DNA of 64,000 nt from Candidatus Latescibacterota bacterium (GCA_965116875.1 OZ220733.1:1664001-1728000), one strand, 5' to 3'; counted from the first letter of the stretch, positions 20,226 through 30,130 are shown. The notes: generated from the sequence alone by a model not told the origin. A program made the numbers and translations.

Positions 20226-21548
20226 TCAGGATTTCCCCGGTACCGGAATCCCATAGCGGTGCAGCGTACTGGCCAGCGTGGGTCGCCCCAGGCGAATCCT
20301 GCCGTCGTTCAGCAGATACGTGAAAAGATATCCCGCGCCCAGCATGAGGATCCCGATGAGGAAGCAATACATCACCGCTCTATCGGGATATACATCCTTG
20401 AGATACCCGACGTACAGGGGACCCGTGATACCGGCGGCGGCCCAGGCCGTCAGGACGGCGCCGTAGATGGTCGACATCTTTTTTGTGCCGAATACGTCGA
20501 GGACGAAGGGCGGCATGGTCGCGAATCCGCCGCCGAAGCAGAGCAGAACGTAGCAGACCAGGGCGGAGAATACCCACGGATTGGTCTCCGTCATCAGGAT
20601 GCCGAAGACGACCATCTGGCTGGCGAGCAGAACCCTGAAAATCGTAACCCGGCCGAACTTGTCCGACAGCAATCCCCAGAACAGGCGCCCCAATCCGTTG
20701 CAGATTGAACTTACGGCGATCAGCGTGGCGCCGTATTCGGCCAGTGTGGTCGGCTCTATCCTGTTGTCCGCCAGGCCCCATATTTCCTGAAGGATTTCCG
20801 ACTGGAAGCTGATGACGGAGATGCCGGCCGCGATATTGAAGAAGAAGACGATCCACATGATCACGAACTGGGTCGTCTTGAGATACGTGACGGCGGAGTC
20901 CGGTTCCCCGTATTCCAGCGCATCGTCGGCTGTACCGCCCGCGGGGCCCGCGGTTGCGGGGGGATCGCTGAGAGCCAGGCTGCAGGGCAGCAGAATGATA
21001 CCGAATATGATCCCGAGCCAGATGAAGACGAGCGGAAGCGTGCCCTGCGTGGTTACGATCAAAAACGGCGCCAGTCCCTTGCTCAGGAGGAAGGCGCCGA
21101 CGCCGAAGCCCATAACCACGATCCCGGTGGCCAGTCCCTTGCGATCGGGGAACCACTTGGCGACCGTGGCGACCGGCGTGACGTATCCCAGCCCGATACC
21201 CGCACCGCTTATCACGCCGTAGCCCAGATAGAACAGCGGTATCGAGTCCAGCTGAAGCGCCGCCCCGGAGATCAGGTATCCGCCTGAGAACAGGATGCTG
21301 CCGGTCACCGCCAGAAACCTGGGACCCAACCGCGAAAGCATGTTGCCCGCCCAGGCGGCCGAGACACCGAGCGTAAAAATCGCGATACTGAACGCCCACG
21401 CGGTCTCCGTATGCGTCCAGCCGCCCCGATGCACCAGAATCGTCTGGAAGAAACTCCACGCGTAGACCGTGCCGAAGCATATTTGCAACACGGTGCAGAA
21501 TAGTGCGATAGCGCTTCTTGGAATACGCAACGTCCGTCCTCCGTTCAA
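20226..21548 (-). CDS. OFA family (oxalate:formate antiporter-like) MFS transporter
   Basis: GTVYAWS, GYVTPVATVAKWFPDRKGLATG, NGLGRLFWGLLSDKFGR, IYGAVLTAW. Confidence 0.92.
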   Translation of the reverse strand: MNGGRTLRIPRSAIALFCTVLQICFGTVYAWSFFQTILVHRGGWTHTETAWAFSIAIFTLGVSAAWAGNMLSRLGPRFLAVTGSILFSGGYLISGAALQLDSIPLFYLGYGVISGAGIGLGYVTPVATVAKWFPDRKGLATGIVVMGFGVGAFLLSKGLAPFLIVTTQGTLPLVFIWLGIIFGIILLPCSLALSDPPATAGPAGGTADDALEYGEPDSAVTYLKTTQFVIMWIVFFFNIAAGISVISFQSEILQEIWGLADNRIEPTTLAEYGATLIAVSSICNGLGRLFWGLLSDKFGRVTIFRVLLASQMVVFGILMTETNPWVFSALVCYVLLCFGGGFATMPPFVLDVFGTKKMSTIYGAVLTAWAAAGITGPLYVGYLKDVYPDRAVMYCFLIGILMLGAGYLFTYLLNDGRIRLGRPTLASTLHRYGIPVPGKS

Positions 21549-22288
21549 TCTGCCTTTTCGGTCGACCCTTCCGGTCCACCGCCGCCAGGCGAACGTCCCG
21601 ATATGTGACGGAACAGCCGCGCGAGGTCGCCGACTTCATCATCGCGCGCAAGCAGTTCGTCGTCCTCCTGCTTGTCCTGCTTTCGATCGTCGGCCAGGTC
21701 GACCGCGTAGGAGAGAAGCCCTCCAAGCGGCTTTGCGGCCAGGTTGACCAGCCAGATCGACGCCAGTACGCCCACAACGAGGAAGATACTGATCAGAATG
21801 ACCTGCTGGCCGATGGCGCGCTGGATCTTGAGCGCGACGATGTCCAGGTCCATACCAACGTGTACCGTGCCGGCCACTCCGGCCAGGATCGGGCTGCCCA
21901 CCTCCAGGAAATCGCCCAGACCCGGAATGCTCCGTTCAACCGGTTCGGTGCTGGACGGATCGCTCGCGAGAATTTCCTCGGGGATGCCGGGAACGAAGGT
22001 ATGCGCCAGATACTCGCCCTTTTCACTGGTAATGTAGATGTAACGGATGCCCTGAATCTCTACGAACTGATCGATCATCGACTGCAGCGTCGCAAGATTC
22101 CGGTTCAGCAGGATGTCCACACTGGCATTGGCGATGGTCTTTGCGATGTCTTTGCTGTTGGACGCGTACTCCGCCGACAACTGCGTGTCTACCGTGTAGA
22201 TGCACAGGAACGAAGTGGACAGTACGATCAGCCCGAAGAGCGCGAAGATGCCGAACCTGGTCTTCTGAAACAACCTTTGAATTTTCAT
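21545..22288 (-). CDS. membrane sensor (TM - periplasmic Cache-like - TM - HAMP) with no output domain
   Basis: Two hydrophobic helices, LAHTF, GTVHVGMD, HAMP motifs KPLGGL and DEVGDLARLF, then stop. Confidence 0.8.
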   Translation of the reverse strand: MKIQRLFQKTRFGIFALFGLIVLSTSFLCIYTVDTQLSAEYASNSKDIAKTIANASVDILLNRNLATLQSMIDQFVEIQGIRYIYITSEKGEYLAHTFVPGIPEEILASDPSSTEPVERSIPGLGDFLEVGSPILAGVAGTVHVGMDLDIVALKIQRAIGQQVILISIFLVVGVLASIWLVNLAAKPLGGLLSYAVDLADDRKQDKQEDDELLARDDEVGDLARLFRHISGRSPGGGGPEGSTEKAD

Positions 22289-22289
22289 T

Positions 22290-23657
22290 TTACGAAAGCC
22301 AGCTTTCCCAGTCGTTCAGAGTGACAAACCGGCCGTCCTGAACAACGGTATAGTATACGGTTTGCAGTCCCTGTCGCCGGTCGGGCCCGAAAGAGACCTT
22401 CTCACCGATGCCGAGGTCGAAATCCCGGACGGAGAAAACCGCGTCCTCCAGACCCGCCCTGCCTGGATTGTCACCGAGACGCCTCAGAATCTCGGTCATC
22501 AGCTTGGCATCCAGAAAACCCTCGAGGCTTACGAAGCTCTGCTCGAACGGACTGTAGGGCTCTTTGACGAGCTCCCGGGGAACGGCCGGATTGTAACGCG
22601 CCATCAGCTCACGGTACTCTCTCACGGCCGGAATGGACGTGTCTTCGTAGCTGGGCACGACCTGGGAGTTGACGAGATACCGGGTGTACGTCTCGGCGTC
22701 CTCCCTGCCCTCGCTGAGCAGATGCAGCAGGTTCTCGCTGCCAACGAACGAGAGATTGGCGATCGGGACCTTCAGGCCCAGATCGATCGCGTCGCGAGCG
22801 AAGGCGGCGCACGCCGCGTACGACCCGATACAGATGACGGCGTCCGGAGAAGCCTTCTGCAGAATCTCAACCTGCCGCCTCATGCTCCCGGTGAACCTCT
22901 GCCCGCGTTGGTACGTCGCCTCGCCGGCAATGTGTTCTCCGTGCGCCTCGATTGCCGCTCGCACGCCCGCCCATCCGCTGCGTCCGTACGCGTCTGCCTG
23001 ATAGAACACGGCGATCCGCTTTCTGCCGGTCTGAACGAAATTGTCCACAAGCCCCGCGGTCTCCTGGCGATAGGACGCCCGGAGGTTGAACGCGAAATCC
23101 CCGTATGGCGGCTCCCTTTGAGGCTGGGCGCCGGTAAACGGGAAAAACAGATAGACCCGCTCGTCCTGAAACTTCTTCAGCAGCGGAAGCGCGCGGGTCA
23201 CAGTCGGCGTACCGACGTACCCGAATAACAGGAACACGTGATCTTCCAGCATGAGCTTCATGGTGTTCTTCACACACGGGTCCGGCTGGTATCCGTCGTC
23301 GTACAGCTTGAAGACGATCTGGCGGCCGCCAACGCCGCCATTTTCATTGACGTGGTTGAAGTACGACCTGGCTCCCCGGTAGAGCTCGCTGCCCAGCCCC
23401 CGGGAGGGCCCGGAAAACGCGGCGGACATGCCCAGGACGATCTTGCCGTCATAAACGCCTTCGGAGCCTCCGGCGCGACTCTGATCGACATCAGAATCCC
23501 CGTTCGACCCTCCTGTCTGGGCGCCAACGTCCTTCCAGCCTCCCCAGGAAAACGCCAGCAGTCCGAGCAAGCCTCGACGGAGCATCGACCTTCGCGTCAG
23601 GTCGGACGCGTGTTCGTTCCGCGGGTCGTGTCCGTCGGTACAACTGAACATATCCAT
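22290..23657 (-). CDS. Tat-exported type I periplasmic binding protein
   Basis: LTRRSML Tat motif; LGMSAAFSGP, YDDGYQP, GYVGTPT, FNLRASY. Confidence 0.88.
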   Translation of the reverse strand: MDMFSCTDGHDPRNEHASDLTRRSMLRRGLLGLLAFSWGGWKDVGAQTGGSNGDSDVDQSRAGGSEGVYDGKIVLGMSAAFSGPSRGLGSELYRGARSYFNHVNENGGVGGRQIVFKLYDDGYQPDPCVKNTMKLMLEDHVFLLFGYVGTPTVTRALPLLKKFQDERVYLFFPFTGAQPQREPPYGDFAFNLRASYRQETAGLVDNFVQTGRKRIAVFYQADAYGRSGWAGVRAAIEAHGEHIAGEATYQRGQRFTGSMRRQVEILQKASPDAVICIGSYAACAAFARDAIDLGLKVPIANLSFVGSENLLHLLSEGREDAETYTRYLVNSQVVPSYEDTSIPAVREYRELMARYNPAVPRELVKEPYSPFEQSFVSLEGFLDAKLMTEILRRLGDNPGRAGLEDAVFSVRDFDLGIGEKVSFGPDRRQGLQTVYYTVVQDGRFVTLNDWESWLS

Positions 23658-23700
23658 TTCGTGCCTCTTCAGCTGAAATACGATATCGCCTGAATACCTG

Positions 23701-23836
23701 TGGCGCCGCGACGAAACTCTCCGAAACGTTTCGAATTGGTCGTCAGGAAGGACATTTTTTCGGTTGACGGCCAGCGACCTGGTGTATCCTGGGTATCCGC
23801 AGTTAAATCGCCTTTATCAACTTGCACATATACGAA
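23701..23836 (-). repeat. ~135-bp dispersed intergenic repeat, copy 1
   Basis: Reverse complement aligns to 52952-53087 (AAAGGCGATTTAACTGC..CCAGGATACACCAGG..GAAAAAATG.CCTTC.TGACGACCA..GTTTCGTCGCGG). Confidence 0.75.
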
Positions 23837-23865
23837 CGAACACACCGAAGAACGACGAATCATGG

Positions 23866-24981
23866 TTAAAAATTGTAGGTAAAATGGATGTCCAGCCGGT
23901 TGGCGATCCCGTCGTTCGGTCCCTTGTAGGTGGTTTTCCAGTACAGGTATTCAACCGCTATCTGCAGCGGTTTCCACGGCCGATAACGTCCGACACCGTA
24001 GAAGGCCCCGTTCCTGGTGCGGCCTCCGGCGGGTATGGCCTCCTCATCGGGCTGCTCCATCGTCGCTCCGACGTACAGCTTCCACTGCGCATTGGGCATG
24101 ATCACGATCTGCGCCCACCCGCCGGTAGAGGCGATCTCCTCGCCCGTCGCTGTGTTGACCCCCTGGCCGATGCCGCCGCGGATGTCGGTGAGATTCTTCC
24201 CCGTCCAGGCTTCGCCCTGCACCATAAACTGGTCGGTCAGGGAGATCGAAGCGTCCAGACCGACGGCGGTCGAGGTGAAGCTTGTTTCACCGCCCACGGG
24301 CGCGGCAGTCTCTTCGGCGCCCCAATGGGCCCACGCGCCGGCCTTGAATTTCGGCTGCTCGAAACCCAGCCGCGCCTGCAGGAAAGGCACCGCCGCGTCC
24401 CAGCCATCCAGAATGCCGTTCCTGTCCAGGTCTTTCCTGTCCACGGCCCCGGTCTGCCCCGCCGCCATCGCCAGGGAAAACCCGCCTTCCGGCTTGTACG
24501 TGAGCCTCGCCTGGGGATGACGGTCGCCCAGATTGCCGGCGTGCCACATCAGGCCGTCGTTGTTGGCGATCGGAAAGATCGGCGAAATGACGTCCCAGGC
24601 TTGGCCGGCAAGAAAGTGCCAGTCCCCGCGCTGCAAATTGAAATAGGCCTGCCGGAGGCGCAGGATCTGGCGCGATTCGCTGCCCCCGTTCTGAAAATCG
24701 ATCTCGACGAGACCGCTGATACTGGAGACTTCGTCCAATTTCACAGGTTTGAACCTCGCCCCCAGACGGGTAAGGCGCGGGTACATGGTCAAATTGCCAT
24801 CGGTCTCGGCGCCGGGATCTTCCGGCTTTACCCAAAAGCCGAACTGGTGGCTTTGCATCTTCGAATCGTCGATAACGGCGTCGAAGCGGACAAAGCCGTA
24901 AATCGACAAATCTCCGGCAAAGGCCCACTCCCCCCCGGTCAACAGACAACCCAGAATCACTGCGGCAATTGCCTTTTTCAA
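23866..24981 (-). CDS. DcaP-like outer-membrane porin
   Basis: Signal peptide, IYGFVRFD, EIDF..LRLRQAY, LAGQAWD, terminal YNF. Confidence 0.75.
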   Translation of the reverse strand: MKKAIAAVILGCLLTGGEWAFAGDLSIYGFVRFDAVIDDSKMQSHQFGFWVKPEDPGAETDGNLTMYPRLTRLGARFKPVKLDEVSSISGLVEIDFQNGGSESRQILRLRQAYFNLQRGDWHFLAGQAWDVISPIFPIANNDGLMWHAGNLGDRHPQARLTYKPEGGFSLAMAAGQTGAVDRKDLDRNGILDGWDAAVPFLQARLGFEQPKFKAGAWAHWGAEETAAPVGGETSFTSTAVGLDASISLTDQFMVQGEAWTGKNLTDIRGGIGQGVNTATGEEIASTGGWAQIVIMPNAQWKLYVGATMEQPDEEAIPAGGRTRNGAFYGVGRYRPWKPLQIAVEYLYWKTTYKGPNDGIANRLDIHFTYNF

Positions 24982-25070
24982 GAGTCACTCCTTCGCGGGT
25001 GCGTATCCATGTCCGTCCCCGCGCTTGCGGTACGAATTCTCAATGTGCCTGTAGCGTCGAACATCCTGCA

Positions 25071-25304
25071 CTACGACTCGGCGGACTCCTCCGCACCGTC
25101 TCCGTTTTTCGCGCGGATGCGTTCCACGTACGACCGGCCCTTGTTTACGGCTCTGTCCACGTTGCGTCGAACGGTCTGGCGGGTTTCGATACCGCTCCGG
25201 GGCGCCAGCAAAACACCGGCGATGATCCCCAGGGCCATCCCGATAATTGCGCCGAGGCCGAATACCCCCAGGCAAAAACCCAGGTCATTCGTCTGACGAT
25301 CCAT
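25071..25304 (-). CDS. YtxH domain protein
   Basis: GAIIG...GVLLAPRSGIETR; ATG after AGGAGG. Confidence 0.75.
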   Translation of the reverse strand: MDRQTNDLGFCLGVFGLGAIIGMALGIIAGVLLAPRSGIETRQTVRRNVDRAVNKGRSYVERIRAKNGDGAEESAES

Positions 25305-25712
25305 CCAGGCCTCCTGGTCCAATGGTTGTCCCGCAATCAGTTTCCTGCAAGAATCCCTAATTTATAATGCAAATTATCAGATTAGTCAATGCAATTGGTA
25401 GAAACTGCCCCGAAACGGAGCGCATGGTCCACAAGGATTTATTGAAAATTCGCGCATAGTTTACGTTCGTGTTACGATCTCTACCGAACTCCCAGTTACC
25501 TCTGATGGAATGGCGAGCAACGGCCGGCGGCGATGATCCAAATACGCTGGAATAAATCGTTGCGGGGCGATTCACGGCCGAGCTGTGCCGTTCGTCGAGC
25601 CAGTACTCGATTAGGTCCCTCATTTCATAGTTCAGTCAATTGCGATAACTTCGCTCTGTCTATTAGACATTCCTTTCGAATAATCGATGCAATTCTGCAC
25701 ACGCTAATGCAC

Positions 25713-27758
25713 TTACGCATTTCTGGGCGTTGGTTTTTTTCCCGTCACACCTTCCCAAATCTCAGGTGTGGCGCAATAGAATCGCTTGCCATCATGATCG
25801 ACTATGTGAAGATTCCCTTCGCCGAGCAATAAGGTGAGAATTGGACGCTTAAGCTCATTTTCTGTGCGCGAATCTTCAGGTGTTTTGCTTTCCTTGATGA
25901 GGTAGTATAGCTGGCCATCATAGATGCCGACTAACCCTTGCTCATCATTGACTGTGCTAGGTACCGAGTGGAACACGGCTCGATTCCTTATTTGCTCCAG
26001 CAGGCCGTCCTTGATGCGAGCCATTGCTTCCGAAGTTGCCTTTATGACTTCCTTTGCACCCGTGTTCTCGATCGCCTGTTCGTTTTCATCTCTGCAGATG
26101 TATTCTCTATAGATTTCGCCGAAATCGCGAAGGCGAACGGGAAGAACAAAGGGTTGATGTGGTGCGCTCCACATGTAACAGTTTCCGGGAATCGGCTCCG
26201 CAATAAGATGAGCGAGAATATCGGATGAATAATGGGAGTTGTATTTTCCGAGTACACCAGCATCACCTTCGGACAACAGATGAAAACAGAACCAGTTGTC
26301 CGCTTGGCTAAGCAGTTCTGGTGCCATCGCACCAGGTTGTTGTGTGATGAGCATGGCCCCAAGATCGTACTTGCGTCCTTCCTTAACCCATTCGACATAC
26401 GGGCTAGTATCGTCCAAATTGCGACCAAGGACACTCTGCGCCTCTTCTACAATGGCTACGACAGGTATGATTGGTGCACCGCCAGTGAAGTGCTCCTGAT
26501 TGTGGGAGAAGATCCTTCGGAGAATCAAGCCTGCGAGCATATTGCCAGCACCAGAACTCAACAGGCTGATATCGATTACAACGATATTTCCGTTCGCAAG
26601 AGCCTGCAGCGTTCCAGTCAATACTTGGCTGTTCGAATCATGGAGCGTCCGCACTACGCCATACATGTTGCTACGAGCAGCCCCAATTTCAGCCGCGGAT
26701 TGTTGGGTCTGCCCCTTTTCGTAACCAAGGAGTCTACCGACTTCCTCGTCGCTAGCTTGCAATCCCTTTTTGTCAATAAGCTCAACGAGTTCACGCCAGT
26801 TAGAATCGGAAACGCTCTTGAGCTTAAGCACATTCTGTTGTGTTTGGCGTTCGGAAGAAATCGTAATGCTGATCACATCGCGTGGAGAGAGATCCCTAAT
26901 GTCTAGTTTCACCTCGCCAGCCTTCCAACTGCCATAGTACGCGCTTGGGGCCGGTCTGTTGGTAAACGCAAGTAGCCGTTCCTTTAGATGTGGCACATCG
27001 CATAGTCCCGGACGATCAGCAACACGATCCGGCCAAAAATACTCTCCGTCCGGATCGAAGATCAACGTGCCCACAGGACGGTTGTTTGCAGTCATCGGTT
27101 GTTCTTGATACAATTCTGAAACCAGAAACTTGACAAGATTGGACTTTCCATAACCCGCTCTTGCAAAAACGACCGAACGCCTGGATACGAGCTTCTTAAT
27201 GTCAAATGTTACTTGGAGACAAGGATCAAGAGAAATCAGTTCTGGTTGCGATTGGTTGAATGCAGCACCGCTGTAGACGAATTCGCCCAATACATACATT
27301 CCCAGTTCGGTAGTACCCCGACTTAGATTGCAGAGTTCTTGTAGGACTTGATCGCTAGGTAAGGCTACACGAGCACCGAGATGTGGCAGTCTGCGTTGAG
27401 AAGGTACGTAAATGATCCCGCTATCGACGGTGCGTACAGCTCCAAGCAGTTTTACTTGAACGCGGTATTTTAGACGTTGCTGCTTCAAATCCTCGGGCAC
27501 TTCTTGCTGCCTACGCTGCATTGTGTTTACGTAATCTTCTCCTTCTGGAGTTGCGAGCAATCCAGATGGTACAAAACGGGTAATTCGCCCGAGAGACGCT
27601 TCCTCTTGGGAGCCTAGTTCGACGAGGAGGAATTGTCCGAGTTGGGGGCGGTCAAGCATACTCGCATCGTATGGGGCTACAATCTCGGCTGCGAATTCAA
27701 GACCTCGTTCGTTGAACCCCTTAAACGTCCCCACGATCTGCGAGTCCGCGAACAACAT
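25713..27758 (-). CDS. herA: HerA/FtsK-family ATPase with N-terminal HAS-barrel
   Basis: Walker A ARAGYGKS, IFDPDGEY, Walker B IVEEAQ, KEGRKY, ITQQP. Confidence 0.88.
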   Translation of the reverse strand: MLFADSQIVGTFKGFNERGLEFAAEIVAPYDASMLDRPQLGQFLLVELGSQEEASLGRITRFVPSGLLATPEGEDYVNTMQRRQQEVPEDLKQQRLKYRVQVKLLGAVRTVDSGIIYVPSQRRLPHLGARVALPSDQVLQELCNLSRGTTELGMYVLGEFVYSGAAFNQSQPELISLDPCLQVTFDIKKLVSRRSVVFARAGYGKSNLVKFLVSELYQEQPMTANNRPVGTLIFDPDGEYFWPDRVADRPGLCDVPHLKERLLAFTNRPAPSAYYGSWKAGEVKLDIRDLSPRDVISITISSERQTQQNVLKLKSVSDSNWRELVELIDKKGLQASDEEVGRLLGYEKGQTQQSAAEIGAARSNMYGVVRTLHDSNSQVLTGTLQALANGNIVVIDISLLSSGAGNMLAGLILRRIFSHNQEHFTGGAPIIPVVAIVEEAQSVLGRNLDDTSPYVEWVKEGRKYDLGAMLITQQPGAMAPELLSQADNWFCFHLLSEGDAGVLGKYNSHYSSDILAHLIAEPIPGNCYMWSAPHQPFVLPVRLRDFGEIYREYICRDENEQAIENTGAKEVIKATSEAMARIKDGLLEQIRNRAVFHSVPSTVNDEQGLVGIYDGQLYYLIKESKTPEDSRTENELKRPILTLLLGEGNLHIVDHDGKRFYCATPEIWEGVTGKKPTPRNA

Positions 27759-27759
27759 A

Positions 27760-28923
27760 TCAAGCCTCCTTGTATCTAAGGTTCGCCAGCGTCTGCCCTA
27801 GATACTTCATACGAAGCATACGTTCCGACTCATTTTCCGTCAGTCTCTCGCACAATCCGTTAAGTACCATGTCCTGGAGATCCTGTATCTCGAGGCCAGA
27901 TAATTTCGCAAAGTCGTGTGCTCGTTGGATACATATAGGGTAATCGGGAATAGGGAAGCCCTGCTGAGCATCTACTGTGAGTTGCCCGAGGATGCGTTCC
28001 GCCTGGTCGATCTGCCAGACTGCAATATCCACTGGCCAAACCGGGTCCATCGGTCTATCGCCGAACTTGACGAGGTAAAGTTGCCCGAGGGACTGATATA
28101 GCCTTCGACCGACATCGTCTTCTTCGGTAGTTTCATATGTATCTAGCCAAGTACGATCAAAGTTATAACACTCGGCTTCGATATCATTGTCAACCTGAAC
28201 AAAACAGGGATACGATTTGTGAAATGTAGCCTCAAGCTCCAGAGCGACGGCGAGTCGGCCAAGTACTGCGCTTTGCTTGGCAACTCCAACCAACGAAAGC
28301 TGCACATTTCTTGTCGTATGGGCGGCAACACCGGCGCGAATCTTCCGATCGATTAACGGAAAAACCTCTCGTGAAAACGACTTGGTTCGCAGTAGTCCAT
28401 CTCGAACCAGGATCGTATCCCCACCCCATTGAAGATTAGGGTTGGCGACCAAGTCATAAAGAACAGCCCATTCTACGATATCACGGTAACATCGCATTGC
28501 TCCGGTACTCTTGCCGGGCGTCCCAAGTCCTCTGAGAAGGTATGACATTTGTCTAAGCGATTTGCCGATATCTTGTGCTAATCGCTCTAACGGCGAAATA
28601 GTATTCCCCGATCCTTGTTTTGCCCTCGTTTCGAGTTCTTCAATACTAATTGTGCTGGATATCGCGTCGAGCGCGTGTTCATTACCACGTGAATCGACCA
28701 CACGAACAAGCTCGACAATCGCCGGATTGAAGACGAGACGATTGTCTCCTCCATCAGCAGAAACAAAAGAGACGGCATTGACCGAATAGGTTCGAAGTGG
28801 TTTAACGGCACTTCGAAGACGTCGTGCATACTCTCGAAATTTCCGAAGATGTGGTTCGTCAGTGTTGACTGCCTCTGCGACCTTTTTTCGGAGTTCTTCT
28901 CTGTCCAGGTTTGCTAGCGACAT
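27760..28923 (-). CDS. nurA: NurA-like nuclease
   Basis: SADGG, LVRDGLL, VGVAKQS, DYPICIQRAHDFAK match the NurA motif order; directly upstream of herA. Confidence 0.75.
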   Translation of the reverse strand: MSLANLDREELRKKVAEAVNTDEPHLRKFREYARRLRSAVKPLRTYSVNAVSFVSADGGDNRLVFNPAIVELVRVVDSRGNEHALDAISSTISIEELETRAKQGSGNTISPLERLAQDIGKSLRQMSYLLRGLGTPGKSTGAMRCYRDIVEWAVLYDLVANPNLQWGGDTILVRDGLLRTKSFSREVFPLIDRKIRAGVAAHTTRNVQLSLVGVAKQSAVLGRLAVALELEATFHKSYPCFVQVDNDIEAECYNFDRTWLDTYETTEEDDVGRRLYQSLGQLYLVKFGDRPMDPVWPVDIAVWQIDQAERILGQLTVDAQQGFPIPDYPICIQRAHDFAKLSGLEIQDLQDMVLNGLCERLTENESERMLRMKYLGQTLANLRYKEA

Positions 28924-28924
28924 T

Positions 28925-30094
28925 TTATCTGCCCATATCTTTGGCTATAGTATGAAGGCGACGAAGGTCATTAATTGTCTCGTCGAGAGTCCACGTTATC
29001 CAATCGGGAAACCTGTTTGCTCGAGGAATCGCCCACCTTCGAATCCAATAGTCAGTGATCTGGCTTGATTTCATAGTGATGTACTTTGGGCGTTTTGCTC
29101 TGCCCAGAAGGACGTCACGGGCATTGTGTGCGAGAGGAATAACGAAAACCTGCCGGTGTATACCATGTTGAAGCACATCAATCTTAATTCCAAGTTCCGC
29201 AGCAGCCCGCCGGATAACGCGGATGCGCCAGTTCGGACCGTCACCGAAGTTATTCCCCTTAGCATAGGAATGACCCCGACGCTCGAGGAGTCTCTGCAGT
29301 TCTTTAAATGTATGGTTATCAATATGGAAGTGGCCAAATCCCTTGGTATACCATGTTGGAATACGATCGTCATCAACATTTGATAGGAATGCGACACCAC
29401 CAGGAATACGTAGGCGGTTGTAGATAGATGATCGACCAAGAGCAGAAGATGTTGTCAGGAGAACAAGACGGGGATTCTTCCTTTTTTCACTAATAATACC
29501 TTTATAGTTGGAATACTTGACTCGGAAGTGCTTTACAACTTCGCTAGACGTCGCCAATAAAGCCACCAGTTTGCCACCTAGAATCCTGTTGTATGGTGGA
29601 AGAGCTCCAAGCACAAATGCATCCATCGAGTGAACAAGCCGCTCTCGTCGTCCACTGGCGTCCCAACCGACCCAAGCATCTCGTGGAGTAAGGTTAAAGA
29701 CAGGATCCGTTAAGCCGATTATACCGATGAGTTTACCGTTATTCTTGTCCCATACAAGATACCGCATTCGCCTTCCGAAGCCCTTGCTTACCGGCACTGA
29801 CCAAAGAAGCGAGGCTGCGTTGAAGATTTGCGAATCGTCATGTCCCGCAGTGACGATACTAAGGTATGGTTTGATGTTCGAAATCTCGATTTCGTTCGGA
29901 CAGGCGAGATGCTCACGCAATAGATCCATGTGATAGTTAAAAAAACCGTTCATTGACGACATGACTGACAGGCGTCTCTCTGAATGCAAGAAACGGATCT
30001 GTTCTTTACTCAGAGAGTTTGACGAGTTAGGTATTTTTCCTGCTACGCGGAGTAACTGTTCCCGGAGAGAGCATTCTTCTGGCGTTAGTTCCAT
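28925..30094 (-). CDS. druA: Druantia DruA-like protein (DUF4338)
   Basis: WSVPVSKGFGRRMRYLVWD..NGKLIG, DPVFNL..RD.WVGW, VLGALPPYN.ILGGKLVA, TTSSALGRSSIYNRL, GHFH, FGDGPNWR; alternative TTG start at 30112. Confidence 0.85.
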   Translation of the reverse strand: MELTPEECSLREQLLRVAGKIPNSSNSLSKEQIRFLHSERRLSVMSSMNGFFNYHMDLLREHLACPNEIEISNIKPYLSIVTAGHDDSQIFNAASLLWSVPVSKGFGRRMRYLVWDKNNGKLIGIIGLTDPVFNLTPRDAWVGWDASGRRERLVHSMDAFVLGALPPYNRILGGKLVALLATSSEVVKHFRVKYSNYKGIISEKRKNPRLVLLTTSSALGRSSIYNRLRIPGGVAFLSNVDDDRIPTWYTKGFGHFHIDNHTFKELQRLLERRGHSYAKGNNFGDGPNWRIRVIRRAAAELGIKIDVLQHGIHRQVFVIPLAHNARDVLLGRAKRPKYITMKSSQITDYWIRRWAIPRANRFPDWITWTLDETINDLRRLHTIAKDMGR

Positions 30095-30130
30095 GACTCT
30101 TCTTCCGACCAAATTCGACTCGTTTCCTGA

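Noticed and set aside
25357-25623. 88-aa ORF as a fourth island gene
   Set aside because: No motif, no clear RBS and it runs into AT-rich intergenic DNA; kept only as a possible remnant.
25713-30112. Complete Druantia system, or an archaeal-type herA-nurA-mre11-rad50 repair operon
   Set aside because: No druB/C/D/E helicase genes and no mre11/rad50 in the window; only the three-gene set is supported.
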